A stretch of 53,859 bases of DNA from Candidatus Micrarchaeota archaeon (GCA_026396285.1 JAPLXB010000024.1:1-53859), one strand, 5' to 3'. Counted from the stretch's first letter, positions 1 through 8,736 are shown. The notes: a model not told the origin generated them from the sequence alone. Numbers and translations: made by a program.

Positions 1-1
1 C

Positions 2-319
2 GGTTATTTCCTGTTTCCCGTACTCCTTTTTTTTCCCGCGCTCCACCTTGCCGCCGACCGCTTTTGCAATCAGTTGGTGGCCGTAGCATATGCCGAGGAC
101 CGGGACTCCGAGCGAAAGTATTTCTTCATCAATTTTCGGGGCGTCGTTTTCATACACGCTCGCAGGACCGCCTGAAAGGATTATGCCCGCGGGCTTTTTT
201 TCCGCAACCGCGGCGGCAGGCGCGTCGCACTGCATTATCTCTGCCTTTACGCCGAGTTCCCTCACCGCCCTTGCGATGAGGTGGCAGTACTGGCCTCCGA
301 AGTTGAGGACGACAATCAT
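2..319 (-). CDS. guaA: GMP synthase glutamine amidotransferase subunit/domain (runs off the window edge)
   Basis: Manual translation from ATG at 319: MIVVLNFGGQYCHLIARAVRELGV...GIILSGGPASVY...PVLGICYGHQLIA, which are class I GATase motifs typical of GMP synthase. Not in the ORF track. Confidence 0.9.
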   Translation of the reverse strand, partial: MIVVLNFGGQYCHLIARAVRELGVKAEIMQCDAPAAAVAEKKPAGIILSGGPASVYENDAPKIDEEILSLGVPVLGICYGHQLIAKAVGGKVERGKKKEYGKQEIT

Positions 320-373
320 GCAGGGCACCGAAAACTAGGGAAAAGAGGTTCTGGGCGGCCGCGCTTTTAACCC

Positions 374-892
374 TTACACAACCGGTTTTTCAATGCGGAA
401 GCTCGAGACCATCAGGGCGCCGGAGACTACCAGCACTATCGGAACCAGTATGGGGTCGGGGTAGAGCGACGCCGCGGCAATCACGATGATGGCGCCTACA
501 GTGCTCGGCATGCCGTAAAACGCTTTTTCCTTCTGCAGGTTGAACAGCGCCAAGCGGATGATGACGCAGCACAAGTAAACCAAGGCGGCGAAAAACCCGG
601 CAATATCCGGTCTTACTGCGAGTGCAATGACTGCCGGCGCAGCGCCGAAGGACACAACATCGGCCAGCGAGTCAAGTTCCCTGCCAAAGTCATTGGCGCT
701 GGGCTTCTTGCCCATGCGCGCAACCATGCCGTCAAGGACGTCAAAAATCACTGCTGCGAAAACCAGGAGCCCGCTCCCGACGTAGCCGAGCATCGTGGAA
801 TAAATTGCGAGGAAACCGCACGAAGCCGCCGCAAGGCTGAGGAAATCCTTCGGCTTCAGGACAATGAGCTGCCTCAACAAGCCGGCATCCAT
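374..892 (-). CDS. pssA: CDP-alcohol phosphatidyltransferase (archaetidylserine synthase/PssA-like)
   Basis: DVLDGMVAR...FGRELDSLADVVSFGAAP signature, RLALFN and FYGMPS motifs, several TM helices. Confidence 0.85.
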   Translation of the reverse strand: MDAGLLRQLIVLKPKDFLSLAAASCGFLAIYSTMLGYVGSGLLVFAAVIFDVLDGMVARMGKKPSANDFGRELDSLADVVSFGAAPAVIALAVRPDIAGFFAALVYLCCVIIRLALFNLQKEKAFYGMPSTVGAIIVIAAASLYPDPILVPIVLVVSGALMVSSFRIEKPVV

Positions 893-963
893 GGTTTCGT
901 TAGCCGGTAAAGGATTAAAAACCAGTCGCGGGGGTTAAAAAAACCGGGGGCACTATTTTTCAC

Positions 964-1155
964 GGGCTCGTAGCTCAGCCTGGTGGCCTTTTCTTTTTGG
1001 AAAAGAAAAGCTCCACAACAAGAAAAAGTGGGGCCTTCTCCGGCAATGGAAAGGGTCAGGCAATTAGAGCGCCAGTCTTATACGACGCCAAGGGACTATG
1101 TGCCCTTGGTTTCCAGGCGAACTGGTGGTCCTGGGTTCGAATCCCAGCGGGCCCA
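964..1155 (+). tRNA. tRNA-Ile(UAU) with two introns (D-loop about 985-1062; canonical 37/38 at 1083-1119)
   Basis: Acceptor stem GGGCTCG/CGGGCCC plus discriminator A; D stem GCTC/GAGC; anticodon stem CCAGT/ACTGG with loop CT-TAT-A|intron|A; T arm CTGGG-TTCGAAT-CCCAG. BHB-like pairing at both introns (CCTG/CAGG central helix for the D-loop intron). Confidence 0.85.
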
Positions 1156-1168
1156 CTCAAACGGAATC

Positions 1169-1260
1169 GGCGATGCCGAGGCATCGCCCACCTGGCGCGG
1201 AGGAACCAAGGTTCCTCCCCTTGACCCCGCTTCCTTTTAATTGCGGCTTCTTCTTTTTTT
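1169..1260 (+). terminator. Two GC hairpins followed by T-rich tracts downstream of the tRNA (candidate terminator or processing signal)
   Basis: GGCGATGC-CGAG-GCATCGCC (1169-1188), GGAGGAAC-CAAG-GTTCCTCC (1199-1218), then T tracts. Confidence 0.35.
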
Positions 1261-1262
1261 CC

Positions 1263-1544
1263 ATGAACGTTGACGTGATTGCGCGTGGAAGGATTTCTGA
1301 ACTGCTCGAGTTAGCGAAGCAGATGTGGGGCAATGACAAAAAACTTTCACGGCGCTATGTGCAGCTTGCGCGGAAAATCGCGATGAGGCACCGCATAAAA
1401 TTGGGGAACCGCTTGTTCTGCAAGAAGTGCGGCGCCGTTTTCATCCCGGGCGCGACCGTGCGCGTGCGGCAGAGCCCGCGGCAGAAAATGGTTTTGTACA
1501 CCTGCACCGAATGCGGGGCAGTCAGGAGATTCGGCCGCAGCTGA
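1263..1544 (+). CDS. rnp4: Ribonuclease P protein component 4 (Rpp21/Rpr2)
   Basis: IARGRISELLELA...SRRYVQLARKIAMRHRI...FCKKC...FIPG...YTCTECGAVRRF zinc ribbon. Start moved to ATG 1263 because the longer ORF overlaps the tRNA. Confidence 0.9.
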   Translation: MNVDVIARGRISELLELAKQMWGNDKKLSRRYVQLARKIAMRHRIKLGNRLFCKKCGAVFIPGATVRVRQSPRQKMVLYTCTECGAVRRFGRS

Positions 1545-1574
1545 CGAAAGGCGCCCGTTGGCGCCCGCTTTTTT

Positions 1575-1790
1575 TCAATGGCCTTTAGGCGGAGACATGC
1601 TCCATTCGAACGTGAGGACCGCGAGCACTGCGAGGAGCATTCCGAACTGGATGTTCCTCTCAATGAACAGCATGTATGCCGCGAGTGCTCCTGCGAGGAG
1701 GCCGGGGCTGACTGGGAACGGGGCGAACGCTAGCGGGTCACTCGTTTTCGTTGCGCCCGCTGCACCCACGGTTTGTGCTAGCTGCATCAA
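1575..1790 (-). CDS. Small hypothetical membrane protein
   Basis: 71-aa ORF with two hydrophobic segments; fills the gap, convergent with rnp4. Confidence 0.45.
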   Translation of the reverse strand: MMQLAQTVGAAGATKTSDPLAFAPFPVSPGLLAGALAAYMLFIERNIQFGMLLAVLAVLTFEWSMSPPKGH

Positions 1791-2066
1791 CCGGCATCGC
1801 CCCTTCTGTCAATTTTGAATGAGGGGCGCAGGTACGAAGTGCAAGCCGTGTGCTGGATTGCCTCCAAGGGGTTGCCTTCTTTCCTGCGCGTGTCCGTAAA
1901 AAACACAATGTTTTTTCCGGACTGCCTCGCGAGAAATGGGTTTACACGCCAATAAAAAGTTTTCGTTTTAACGGCGTTGTGGTGTGAAAAGCAAACAGGC
2001 TGTTCTTTTTTGGTAAAAAGTTGTCCAAAAACAAGTTTTTTAAACATTTGTGGCCCGTTTATTGCC

Positions 2067-2813
2067 ATGACAAAGAAAAGCATCTCAACCGCCGTGTCGG
2101 AGATTTTGGACGACATGCAGTACCTTCACCTGCCGTTCACCCGCGGCCTCGTCAACTGCTCGGGAGTCGCGAGACTCATAACCCCGCTGATTGAGGAAAG
2201 GACCGGCGCGAAGCCGGGAATGGACGCGGTGATTGTCGCGGTCAGGCGGTATGCGCGGACGCTTAAAAAAAGCGGGAACCCTACGCTGGAATCGGTGATT
2301 ATGCAGTGCAGCGCCGTGCTGCGGACCGGCCTCGCCGGCTTTCACATCAAGAACTGGCACAACAGCCACTTCATGGCCGGGCTGTCCGCGCTTTTGACGG
2401 GCGAAGTTGACTGGGATTCCGGGGAGAAGGTCTATGTTTCCCAGCGCTCCGGCGAAATGTACATCTGCTCGAGCACGAAGTTCATGCCGAAAATAATCGC
2501 GCTCGCGACCAAGCCACCGACCGAGCTGGCGCACTACCAGGAAAACCTCTCGCTCATCACGATAAACCACCCGCCTGCCGGCCATTCCACTCCCGGCGTG
2601 TTCGCGTTCTTCATCAACCTCCTCGCGCAGGCGAACATAAACGTCTACGAGATATTCTCCACCTACCGCAAGTTTTCGCTGCTCATAGAGGAGGAGAATG
2701 CGCCCAAGGCGTACGAGCTGATTAACAAGGCCATAGTTCAGAACAAGAAACTCTTCGGCCACCAAAAGCACGAGCCCGTGCCAGCGATCCAGCGCGCCTC
2801 CCCAATGTGGTGA
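2067..2813 (+). CDS. ACT-domain-containing regulator-like protein
   Basis: N-terminal GLVNCSGVARLI...AVIVAVRRY and C-terminal ACT-like TPGVFAFFINLLAQANINVYEIFSTY. TATA-like TTTTTAAA about 30 nt upstream of ATG 2067. Confidence 0.7.
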   Translation: MTKKSISTAVSEILDDMQYLHLPFTRGLVNCSGVARLITPLIEERTGAKPGMDAVIVAVRRYARTLKKSGNPTLESVIMQCSAVLRTGLAGFHIKNWHNSHFMAGLSALLTGEVDWDSGEKVYVSQRSGEMYICSSTKFMPKIIALATKPPTELAHYQENLSLITINHPPAGHSTPGVFAFFINLLAQANINVYEIFSTYRKFSLLIEEENAPKAYELINKAIVQNKKLFGHQKHEPVPAIQRASPMW

Positions 2814-2864
2814 GTGCGCAGCCCGCGACAACTGCGCTGGCGCATCCGACCCGACTGCTGCGCC

Positions 2865-3707
2865 TCATTTTCCAAGCGCTTTTTCATAGGCTTTTTTCAT
2901 TGCCAGTGCGTCTGCCTCTATGTTAGGGCTTTCTGAAATTATCGTCCCGGCATAACCGTTTTCCGCCAGGACTTCAGCAAGGGGCTTGAACGGCGGGCTC
3001 TGGGAGTCAATGGTCAAGTGGTTTTTTTCCCCACGCCCGGTGAATTTCACTCCAGTGAAGTGGGAGTGGAAGCTTTGGACAGCGCGCTTGCCCAACTGCT
3101 TTTCAAGGCTGTCAAAAATTTTCAAGTAGTCGTCTTTTGACTTTATCCAGCCCTTTCCTTCCCTGCAGTGGACGTGGGCAAAATCGATTGTAAGGTTGAC
3201 TGCGTCTGTACCGAACTCGTGGCAGAGCCGGGCGAGCTCGTCGAGGGACCCGAATTCGGCGATCCCGCCGGTGGTCTCGGGAGCAAGCACCGCATTAAGT
3301 TTTTCCACCCTGATTTTTTCAACGAGTTCGCCGAACCTTTTACTCATCTCGTTATAGGCCGTCGCCGCATCCTTTTTCCCGTAGTAGCCGGGATGGAACA
3401 CGACGCGCCCTCCGCCTGCGGCGCTCGATATCCTGGCGGTCTGGATTATCCTTTCCCCGCTTGCGCGCGCCTTTTCCGCGTCTTCGGACACCAGGTTGAC
3501 GTAATATGGGGCGTGGGCGCTCAGGCTCACGTCGGCTGCCCTGGCTTTTTCCCCGCACTGCCGCGCGAGGTCCAAGCCCATTTTCGCGCCGCGTACTAGT
3601 TCAAACTCAAAGGCCGATAACCCGAGATCATGAACACATTGGATTCCTTCAATTGAGCCGCCGTCGCAGGAGCGGGGTATTCCAGCTGTCCCGAAGCGTA
3701 TTTTCAT
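2865..3707 (-). CDS. nfo: Endonuclease IV (AP endonuclease family 2)
   Basis: IRFGTAGIP, SAHAPYYVNL, VFHPG, PETTG, IDFAH, HSHFTG, GEKNH and ISESP metal-binding motifs. Confidence 0.9.
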   Translation of the reverse strand: MKIRFGTAGIPRSCDGGSIEGIQCVHDLGLSAFEFELVRGAKMGLDLARQCGEKARAADVSLSAHAPYYVNLVSEDAEKARASGERIIQTARISSAAGGGRVVFHPGYYGKKDAATAYNEMSKRFGELVEKIRVEKLNAVLAPETTGGIAEFGSLDELARLCHEFGTDAVNLTIDFAHVHCREGKGWIKSKDDYLKIFDSLEKQLGKRAVQSFHSHFTGVKFTGRGEKNHLTIDSQSPPFKPLAEVLAENGYAGTIISESPNIEADALAMKKAYEKALGK

Positions 3708-3790
3708 AAAAGCCACTTGCACTACCAAGGACAGTGTTTTTAAATTTATTCCGCGCTTTAACACTTCTGGCAGTTAAGGGGGATTCTGGA

Positions 3791-4468
3791 ATGGTTTCCA
3801 TCAAGTACCTTGGGCACTCGTCCTTCACGATAGAAGTCAACGGCAGGGTTGTGTTGACCGACCCGTGGCTTGACCCGCGGCCGAGGAACGTGCAGCGGCT
3901 TGTTCCGCCTGCAGCGACATCCGACCAGATTCGGCGGGCGGACGTAATCCTGGTTTCCCACGAGCACTACGACCACTGCGACGCGTTTGACATAGGGACG
4001 ATAGTCAACAGGACGTTCGCGCAGGTGGTTGCGCCGGACTCGGCGCTGAAGAAGCTGGACATCCCGGAACGGAACAGGGTGCCTGCGCGCGAGGGAGACA
4101 AGTTTGAACTGATGGGCGTGAACATAGAGGTTGTCGAGGCGCGCCACCCCCAGTGCTCGCATGCGGTAGGGTATATTGTGCGGGGAGAGGGCGGCAGCGT
4201 TTACTTCGCCGGCGACACGTACCAGTTTCCAGCAATGAACAGGATAGACGTTGACGTCGCGATACTCCCGATTGGCGGGACTTATACGATGGACATGCTT
4301 TCCGCGCTCACGGCGCTCAAGCAACTGCGGGCCAGGTTCGTGGTGCCGATGCACTACAACACGCTCAAGGAAATCCGGGTGAGCCCGCAGGAGTTCGCGA
4401 GGCGCGTGAAGGAGACGACGAAAGTCGAACCGGTTGTCCTTAGCGTGGGCGAAGGGTTTTCAATCTGA
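3791..4468 (+). CDS. Metallo-beta-lactamase-fold hydrolase (UPF0173/UlaG-like)
   Basis: YLGHSSF, TDPW, SHEHYDH, YFAGDT, LPIGG, PMHYNT. Confidence 0.85.
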   Translation: MVSIKYLGHSSFTIEVNGRVVLTDPWLDPRPRNVQRLVPPAATSDQIRRADVILVSHEHYDHCDAFDIGTIVNRTFAQVVAPDSALKKLDIPERNRVPAREGDKFELMGVNIEVVEARHPQCSHAVGYIVRGEGGSVYFAGDTYQFPAMNRIDVDVAILPIGGTYTMDMLSALTALKQLRARFVVPMHYNTLKEIRVSPQEFARRVKETTKVEPVVLSVGEGFSI

Positions 4469-4502
4469 TGCTCGTTGTTTCAAATGGTTTCAGGTGGTTT
4501 TC

Positions 4503-4916
4503 GTGATTAGTGGCGGGAGAATAATCGGCGTTGAAGCAAAAAAACTTAAAGAAGGCAAAGTCGGCGGGATGGCCGTGAACATAGGAATCGAGGACGTGCG
4601 CGTCGACGGCGACAAACTCGTCATAGCCTACAGCTATGCGGTGGACTACCAGCCGGAACTGGCTACGATGTCAATCAGGGGCGAAATTTTCATGGACGAA
4701 AAGAACCGGCAGGATATTGTTGACAAGTGGAAGAAGAACAAGCAGTTCCCGCCTGAAATGGCCGAGGACATGCTTAACGCGATAACCTACGCCGCGAGCG
4801 CGGTCGGGACGCTCCTTGCGTTCGCATTGGGAATCAACGCGCCCCTTTCGCTACCGCGCGCGAGGGTGGCGCAGCCGCCCCAGGCGCCGCCTGCGCAGCA
4901 AAAGAAAGCATCCTGA
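4503..4916 (+). CDS. Conserved-looking archaeal hypothetical protein
   Basis: GTG start after a GGTGG SD-like sequence; globular beta-rich sequence with a C-terminal PLSLPR; directly follows the MBL gene. Confidence 0.6.
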   Translation: MISGGRIIGVEAKKLKEGKVGGMAVNIGIEDVRVDGDKLVIAYSYAVDYQPELATMSIRGEIFMDEKNRQDIVDKWKKNKQFPPEMAEDMLNAITYAASAVGTLLAFALGINAPLSLPRARVAQPPQAPPAQQKKAS

Positions 4917-5036
4917 TGCCGGTGCCTACTGCAACAAGCATAGCCCCTTCGTAGTAGGGGGATAAAAAAATAAATGCCCAGCGGCAACAGCCGAAGTGGC
5001 CGCGCCGCCGTGCATTCGCGAATCGTTTCCAGGTCT

Positions 5037-5336
5037 TCAGCCGAAGAGCGCGCTGAGTCCCGCGGCCGCTTCAGCTTCCTTTTCGGCCTCGCTCGGGCCC
5101 TCTTTTTTCTCCTCTTTCTTGGCTTCGCCCGCGGCAGGCGCAGCGGCAACCGGCATAGCAGCCTGCTTGATCGCCTCTTCGATGTTGACGCCTTCAAGGG
5201 CCGCGACAAGGGCCTTCACCCTCGTTTCGTCGACTTTGGCGCCAGCGCTCGAGAGGACTTTTTTCAGGTTCTCCTCGCTGATGGGCTGCTTCGTCGAGTG
5301 GAGCAGCATCGCGGCATACGTGTATTCCATCGTCAT
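5037..5336 (-). CDS. rpl12: 50S ribosomal stalk protein P1 (L12)
   Basis: [29 protein letters not shown], Ala/Glu hinge, C-terminal GLSALFG. Confidence 0.97.
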   Translation of the reverse strand: MTMEYTYAAMLLHSTKQPISEENLKKVLSSAGAKVDETRVKALVAALEGVNIEEAIKQAAMPVAAAPAAGEAKKEEKKEGPSEAEKEAEAAAGLSALFG

Positions 5337-5435
5337 CTAAACCACCATCCAAATTAATTTCCATTTTTTGAACTTTTTTCAGAGCCGTTCCCGGAAAAAA
5401 CGAAGGGGCGAAAATTTTTGCTTTTCCTGCTTCCT

Positions 5436-6260
5436 TTACTGTTGGCCGCCTTCAGGTGCCGGGGGAGCCGGCGCGCCCTCGGTAGGCGTAGCGGTTTGTT
5501 CGCCGAGCTTGGTTTTTTCGGAAATCGCCATCGCTTCCCGGTACGCTTTTCCGACAAGGAGCGGGATCGCCTCTTTTTCGTAGAAGCCGGCGCTGACTGC
5601 AAGGTTTAGCGCCGCCAGGTGCGCTTGGGATATTTCCTTGAACACCTCGGCATCGTCTACTGCAAGGACGTCCGGAAGGTAAACAGTGCCTTTTTCCCAT
5701 ATCGCGGTCACCGCAAGCCCGATTTCCATCGGCTCTATCCCGAGTTTCGTGAGCGCCCTGGCGACGGGCTCGGCTATTGCCTCGCCTTTTTTAGCGACTA
5801 AGCAGTCCTTTACAATCACGACCTTCGGCCCCTGGATTTTCGCTTCTATCTTCGCCTGCTTTAGTTCGCTCAGCACCGGGCCGGGCGGCAGGTTGGTTTC
5901 GCCTGCCGGGACAATGAGGTCCATCGGGGCGATTGAGCCCGGTTTCGCAGGGGCCTTGCTCTTGTTCTGCGAAATCAGCTTGTACAATTTGAACGGGCTT
6001 AGGTCGGTGAGTATGAGCGCGGTCGCGCCCTGGAAATGGCTTTCAAGCCCCTTGAGCTCGGGCCTCGCCTCTCCGATTGCTTTTGTGAAAAGCGTGGTCC
6101 TGGCGACGACTACTTCCGCCTTTCCACGGAGCTTCTTTTTCATCGCGTTGAAGTGCCGCGAAGGCAGGTTCTGGAGCGTTGCCACCGCTACGACCGGGTG
6201 GCGCTTGAGCGCCTCGCCGATTTCCTTGACCGCCTGTTTCTTTTCGCCGCGTGTGACCAA
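5436..6260 (-). CDS. rpl10: 50S ribosomal protein uL10/P0
   Basis: APAKPG...IVPAGETNLPPGPVLSEL...LTKLGIEPMEIGL; sits between rpl1 and rpl12; TTG start. Confidence 0.95.
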   Translation of the reverse strand: MVTRGEKKQAVKEIGEALKRHPVVAVATLQNLPSRHFNAMKKKLRGKAEVVVARTTLFTKAIGEARPELKGLESHFQGATALILTDLSPFKLYKLISQNKSKAPAKPGSIAPMDLIVPAGETNLPPGPVLSELKQAKIEAKIQGPKVVIVKDCLVAKKGEAIAEPVARALTKLGIEPMEIGLAVTAIWEKGTVYLPDVLAVDDAEVFKEISQAHLAALNLAVSAGFYEKEAIPLLVGKAYREAMAISEKTKLGEQTATPTEGAPAPPAPEGGQQ

Positions 6261-6893
6261 TTACAACAACCTCGCGGGCTTTCCCATCGTCGTCTTCACG
6301 TAAACGCTGTAAAAATTGTGTTCAGAAATCTTCTTCTCGACAGCCTCGAGGACGGCGGAGATGTTTTCAACCAGCTCCTCCTCCTTCATTGTCTCGGTTC
6401 CGACCGGGCAGTGGACGCTAGGCAGGAATTTTCCCCTGCTCCTGACCGTTACCGTGCGTTTTATTGAATTCACGAGGCCGGCGAGGTCCGCCCCGGGCAT
6501 TATGGGCTTGGGCAGTTTTCCGCGGCCTCCGAGCACTTGCCCGAGCTGTTTTCCCACGACCGGCATAAGCTGGGGGGAGGCGAGGAGCGCGTATCCGAGG
6601 AGTTCACCCTGTTTTTTCTTGTCAGAAGCGTAAGCCGGGATTTCGGCGCCCGATATCACGAGGTCGGCGTGCTTTTTCGCATCCATTGCAAGCTGGCCGT
6701 CTGCGAAGACTGCGACGCGTTTGTTCCTGCCCGCGTACGGGAGGACGACGTCGAGGCCGAGGCGGTTTTCCGCCTTCTTAAAGTCCACGCCGGTGAAGTT
6801 GACCGCCAGGTCCACGGACTGGGTGAATTTCCTTTTCCCCTTGTCCTCTAGGCACGCGTGGACTGTTTGCTCTATCTTCTTCTTTTCAATCAA
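6261..6893 (-). CDS. rpl1: 50S ribosomal protein uL1
   Basis: KRKFTQSVDLAVNF, LGQVLGGRGKLP, VYVKTTMGKP; TTG start after a GGAGGGG SD. Confidence 0.95.
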   Translation of the reverse strand: MIEKKKIEQTVHACLEDKGKRKFTQSVDLAVNFTGVDFKKAENRLGLDVVLPYAGRNKRVAVFADGQLAMDAKKHADLVISGAEIPAYASDKKKQGELLGYALLASPQLMPVVGKQLGQVLGGRGKLPKPIMPGADLAGLVNSIKRTVTVRSRGKFLPSVHCPVGTETMKEEELVENISAVLEAVEKKISEHNFYSVYVKTTMGKPARLL

Positions 6894-7001
6894 TTGTCCG
6901 TCCCCTCCTGAACGCCTACCCGGGCGCTGGCGACCAGCGCTAGAGCAGTTCTTCAGTGCATGCGGGAAAAACAGCGAAGAGTTTTGGGACAACAGCCTAT
7001 T

Positions 7002-7499
7002 TTAAGCTTTTTCTCCAGCTTGTTTTTTCTTCCATTCCCGCCATTTTTCAAAAACCTTCCGCACTTCCGGGGCCTTTTTCCGTGCAATGGCCTGCATCCT
7101 TTCGTCAGCCGGAATTTCCTTGAACACCGGCCAATAAGTGAACTGGTTCATGTGGCTAACTTTTAGAGGAGGAATCTTGAGGGCGTAAAGCAGGTGGTAA
7201 ACGTTTTTTGCCGAAAAGAACTCGGCGGTTTCGGGCGAGTACCAGTGCTTTTCCTCGAGCTGAAAGCGGTGGAACAAGTCCTGTATTTTTTTAATGGTCT
7301 CGGGCCGCAGTTCGCCAACGTTCTTTCGATAAGTTTTGAGCCCTTTTTCCCACGGCGTTGATTTTTTTAATTCAAACAATTCGCCCTGCCCGTGCATTGA
7401 AACGGCGGGAACCCGTTTTTTTGGCGCACTTTCCTTTTGCGGTCCGGTTTGTTTGCGCCCGAATTTCCTTGATGGGAACAGTTCTCCTTGCCTGGCCAT
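7002..7499 (-). CDS. Basic orphan hypothetical protein inserted in the ribosomal protein cluster
   Basis: 165-aa Lys/Arg-rich ORF with a GGT SD-like sequence; fills the gap between rpl11 and rpl1. Confidence 0.65.
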   Translation of the reverse strand: MARQGELFPSRKFGRKQTGPQKESAPKKRVPAVSMHGQGELFELKKSTPWEKGLKTYRKNVGELRPETIKKIQDLFHRFQLEEKHWYSPETAEFFSAKNVYHLLYALKIPPLKVSHMNQFTYWPVFKEIPADERMQAIARKKAPEVRKVFEKWREWKKKQAGEKA

Positions 7500-7547
7500 G
7501 GCTACCTATCGCTTTTGGTGAATAAAAAACAGCCCCACCGCGGGGGT

Positions 7548-8033
7548 TCATTCGGCCTTGAGTTCGCCGCTTTCAACGAGCTTCATGGCTTCCTTGGCTT
7601 CCTTTCCCTCGACGGTCGCGCCCATGCTCTGGCAGGTCCCGATTACTTCCTTCACCAGCGCCTTAAGGGTTTTTGAAAGCGAGCCGGGCTCCTTCTTTCG
7701 CGCAATCTCGATCACTTGCTGGAATGAAAGGTTCCCAATGGGCTTCTTTCCCTTCGCCCCGGCTTCCTCCTTCACCGGCTCGGTTATTCCGAGCTCTTTT
7801 TTCACCAGCGCGCTAACCGGCGGCGTGCCGACTTCTATTTCGAACTGTTTAGTGTCCTTGTCCACGGTCACCTTGACCGGGACCTGCATTCCCGCGAATG
7901 ACTTCGTCTTCTCGTTGATTGCGGCAATGATCTGGCCTATGTTTACTCCGGTCGGCGCGAGCGATGGGCCGAGCGGCGGCGCAGGAGTCGCCTTTCCTCC
8001 TTCAACGAGAGCCGGGATAGTAATCTTAGCCAT
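7548..8033 (-). CDS. rpl11: 50S ribosomal protein uL11
   Basis: VEGGKATPAPPLGPSL, FAGMQVPVKV, EVGTPPVSALVKKELG, KEVIGTCQSMG. Confidence 0.97.
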   Translation of the reverse strand: MAKITIPALVEGGKATPAPPLGPSLAPTGVNIGQIIAAINEKTKSFAGMQVPVKVTVDKDTKQFEIEVGTPPVSALVKKELGITEPVKEEAGAKGKKPIGNLSFQQVIEIARKKEPGSLSKTLKALVKEVIGTCQSMGATVEGKEAKEAMKLVESGELKAE

Positions 8034-8044
8034 TGAGCCATCAC

Positions 8045-8506
8045 CTACTGGGGAATCACTTTTATAGTGTTGAGTTTTATCGTGACCGGAATCGGGACAG
8101 CGACTTCAATCAATTCAACGGTAAGCTCTTCCTTGTCCTTGTCTATCCTCACGACCTTCGCCTTCTCCCCCTTGAACGCGCCCGCCACGATTTCCACGAG
8201 GTCCCCGCGGTTTATCACGATTTCAACGGGCTTGCTTTCCAGTAGTTCCGCGATGTCGCCGATGGCCATGCTGCTGTGGAGGGCGCCCTTCACGTGCGGG
8301 ACGTTCGTAATGAGTTTGCGTGCCTCCAGTTCGTCCCCGCTTTCAACGATGAGGTATCCCTTGAGCCGCGGCGACACGATGAGCGCCTTGAGCGCGTTGA
8401 ACTGGCGCTGCTCGGCCGCCTTGGACTTGTCCTTCTTGATTTTTTCATGCAACAGGTCCGCCACTATGCTTTCCTGGCCGGCAGTCACTCGGTAAGCGAA
8501 CAGCAT
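8045..8506 (-). CDS. spt5: Transcription elongation factor Spt5 (NusG)
   Basis: RVTAGQE, LKGYLIVE, KOW motif GDLVEIVAGAFKGEKAKV, VAVPIPVT. Confidence 0.95.
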   Translation of the reverse strand: MLFAYRVTAGQESIVADLLHEKIKKDKSKAAEQRQFNALKALIVSPRLKGYLIVESGDELEARKLITNVPHVKGALHSSMAIGDIAELLESKPVEIVINRGDLVEIVAGAFKGEKAKVVRIDKDKEELTVELIEVAVPIPVTIKLNTIKVIPQ

Positions 8507-8517
8507 TTCAAACCACT

Positions 8518-8736
8518 TCAGCTACCCCTGATAAAGTACGCGAGCATTGAAATCACGTAAGCGATTACTCCTATTGCCGCCATGCCTAACGCCGTTGATG
8601 CGGCGATGTGCTGGAACTCGTCGCGCTTCGGCTTATGGGTAACGTTCAGCACGCGCTCGGACTGCTTCAGGAAATTCTGGAGCATCCACGGTATGCGCGC
8701 AAGGCCCTTCGGTTCCTCAACCTCGTACAACAGCAT
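8518..8736 (-). CDS. secE: Protein translocase subunit SecE (Sec61 gamma)
   Basis: RVLNVTHKPKRDEF followed by a TM helix; canonical ftsZ-secE-spt5 synteny. Confidence 0.9.
   Translation of the reverse strand: MLLYEVEEPKGLARIPWMLQNFLKQSERVLNVTHKPKRDEFQHIAASTALGMAAIGVIAYVISMLAYFIRGS

Noticed and set aside
983-1339. ORFs 983-1240, 997-1224, 1157-1339 and the 5' extension of 1098-1544
   Set aside because: They overlap the intron-containing tRNA-Ile; rnp4 similarity starts at ATG 1263.
1787-2116. 109-aa minus-strand ORF
   Set aside because: Spans an AT-rich divergent promoter region, overlaps the ACT gene start and has no protein-like features.
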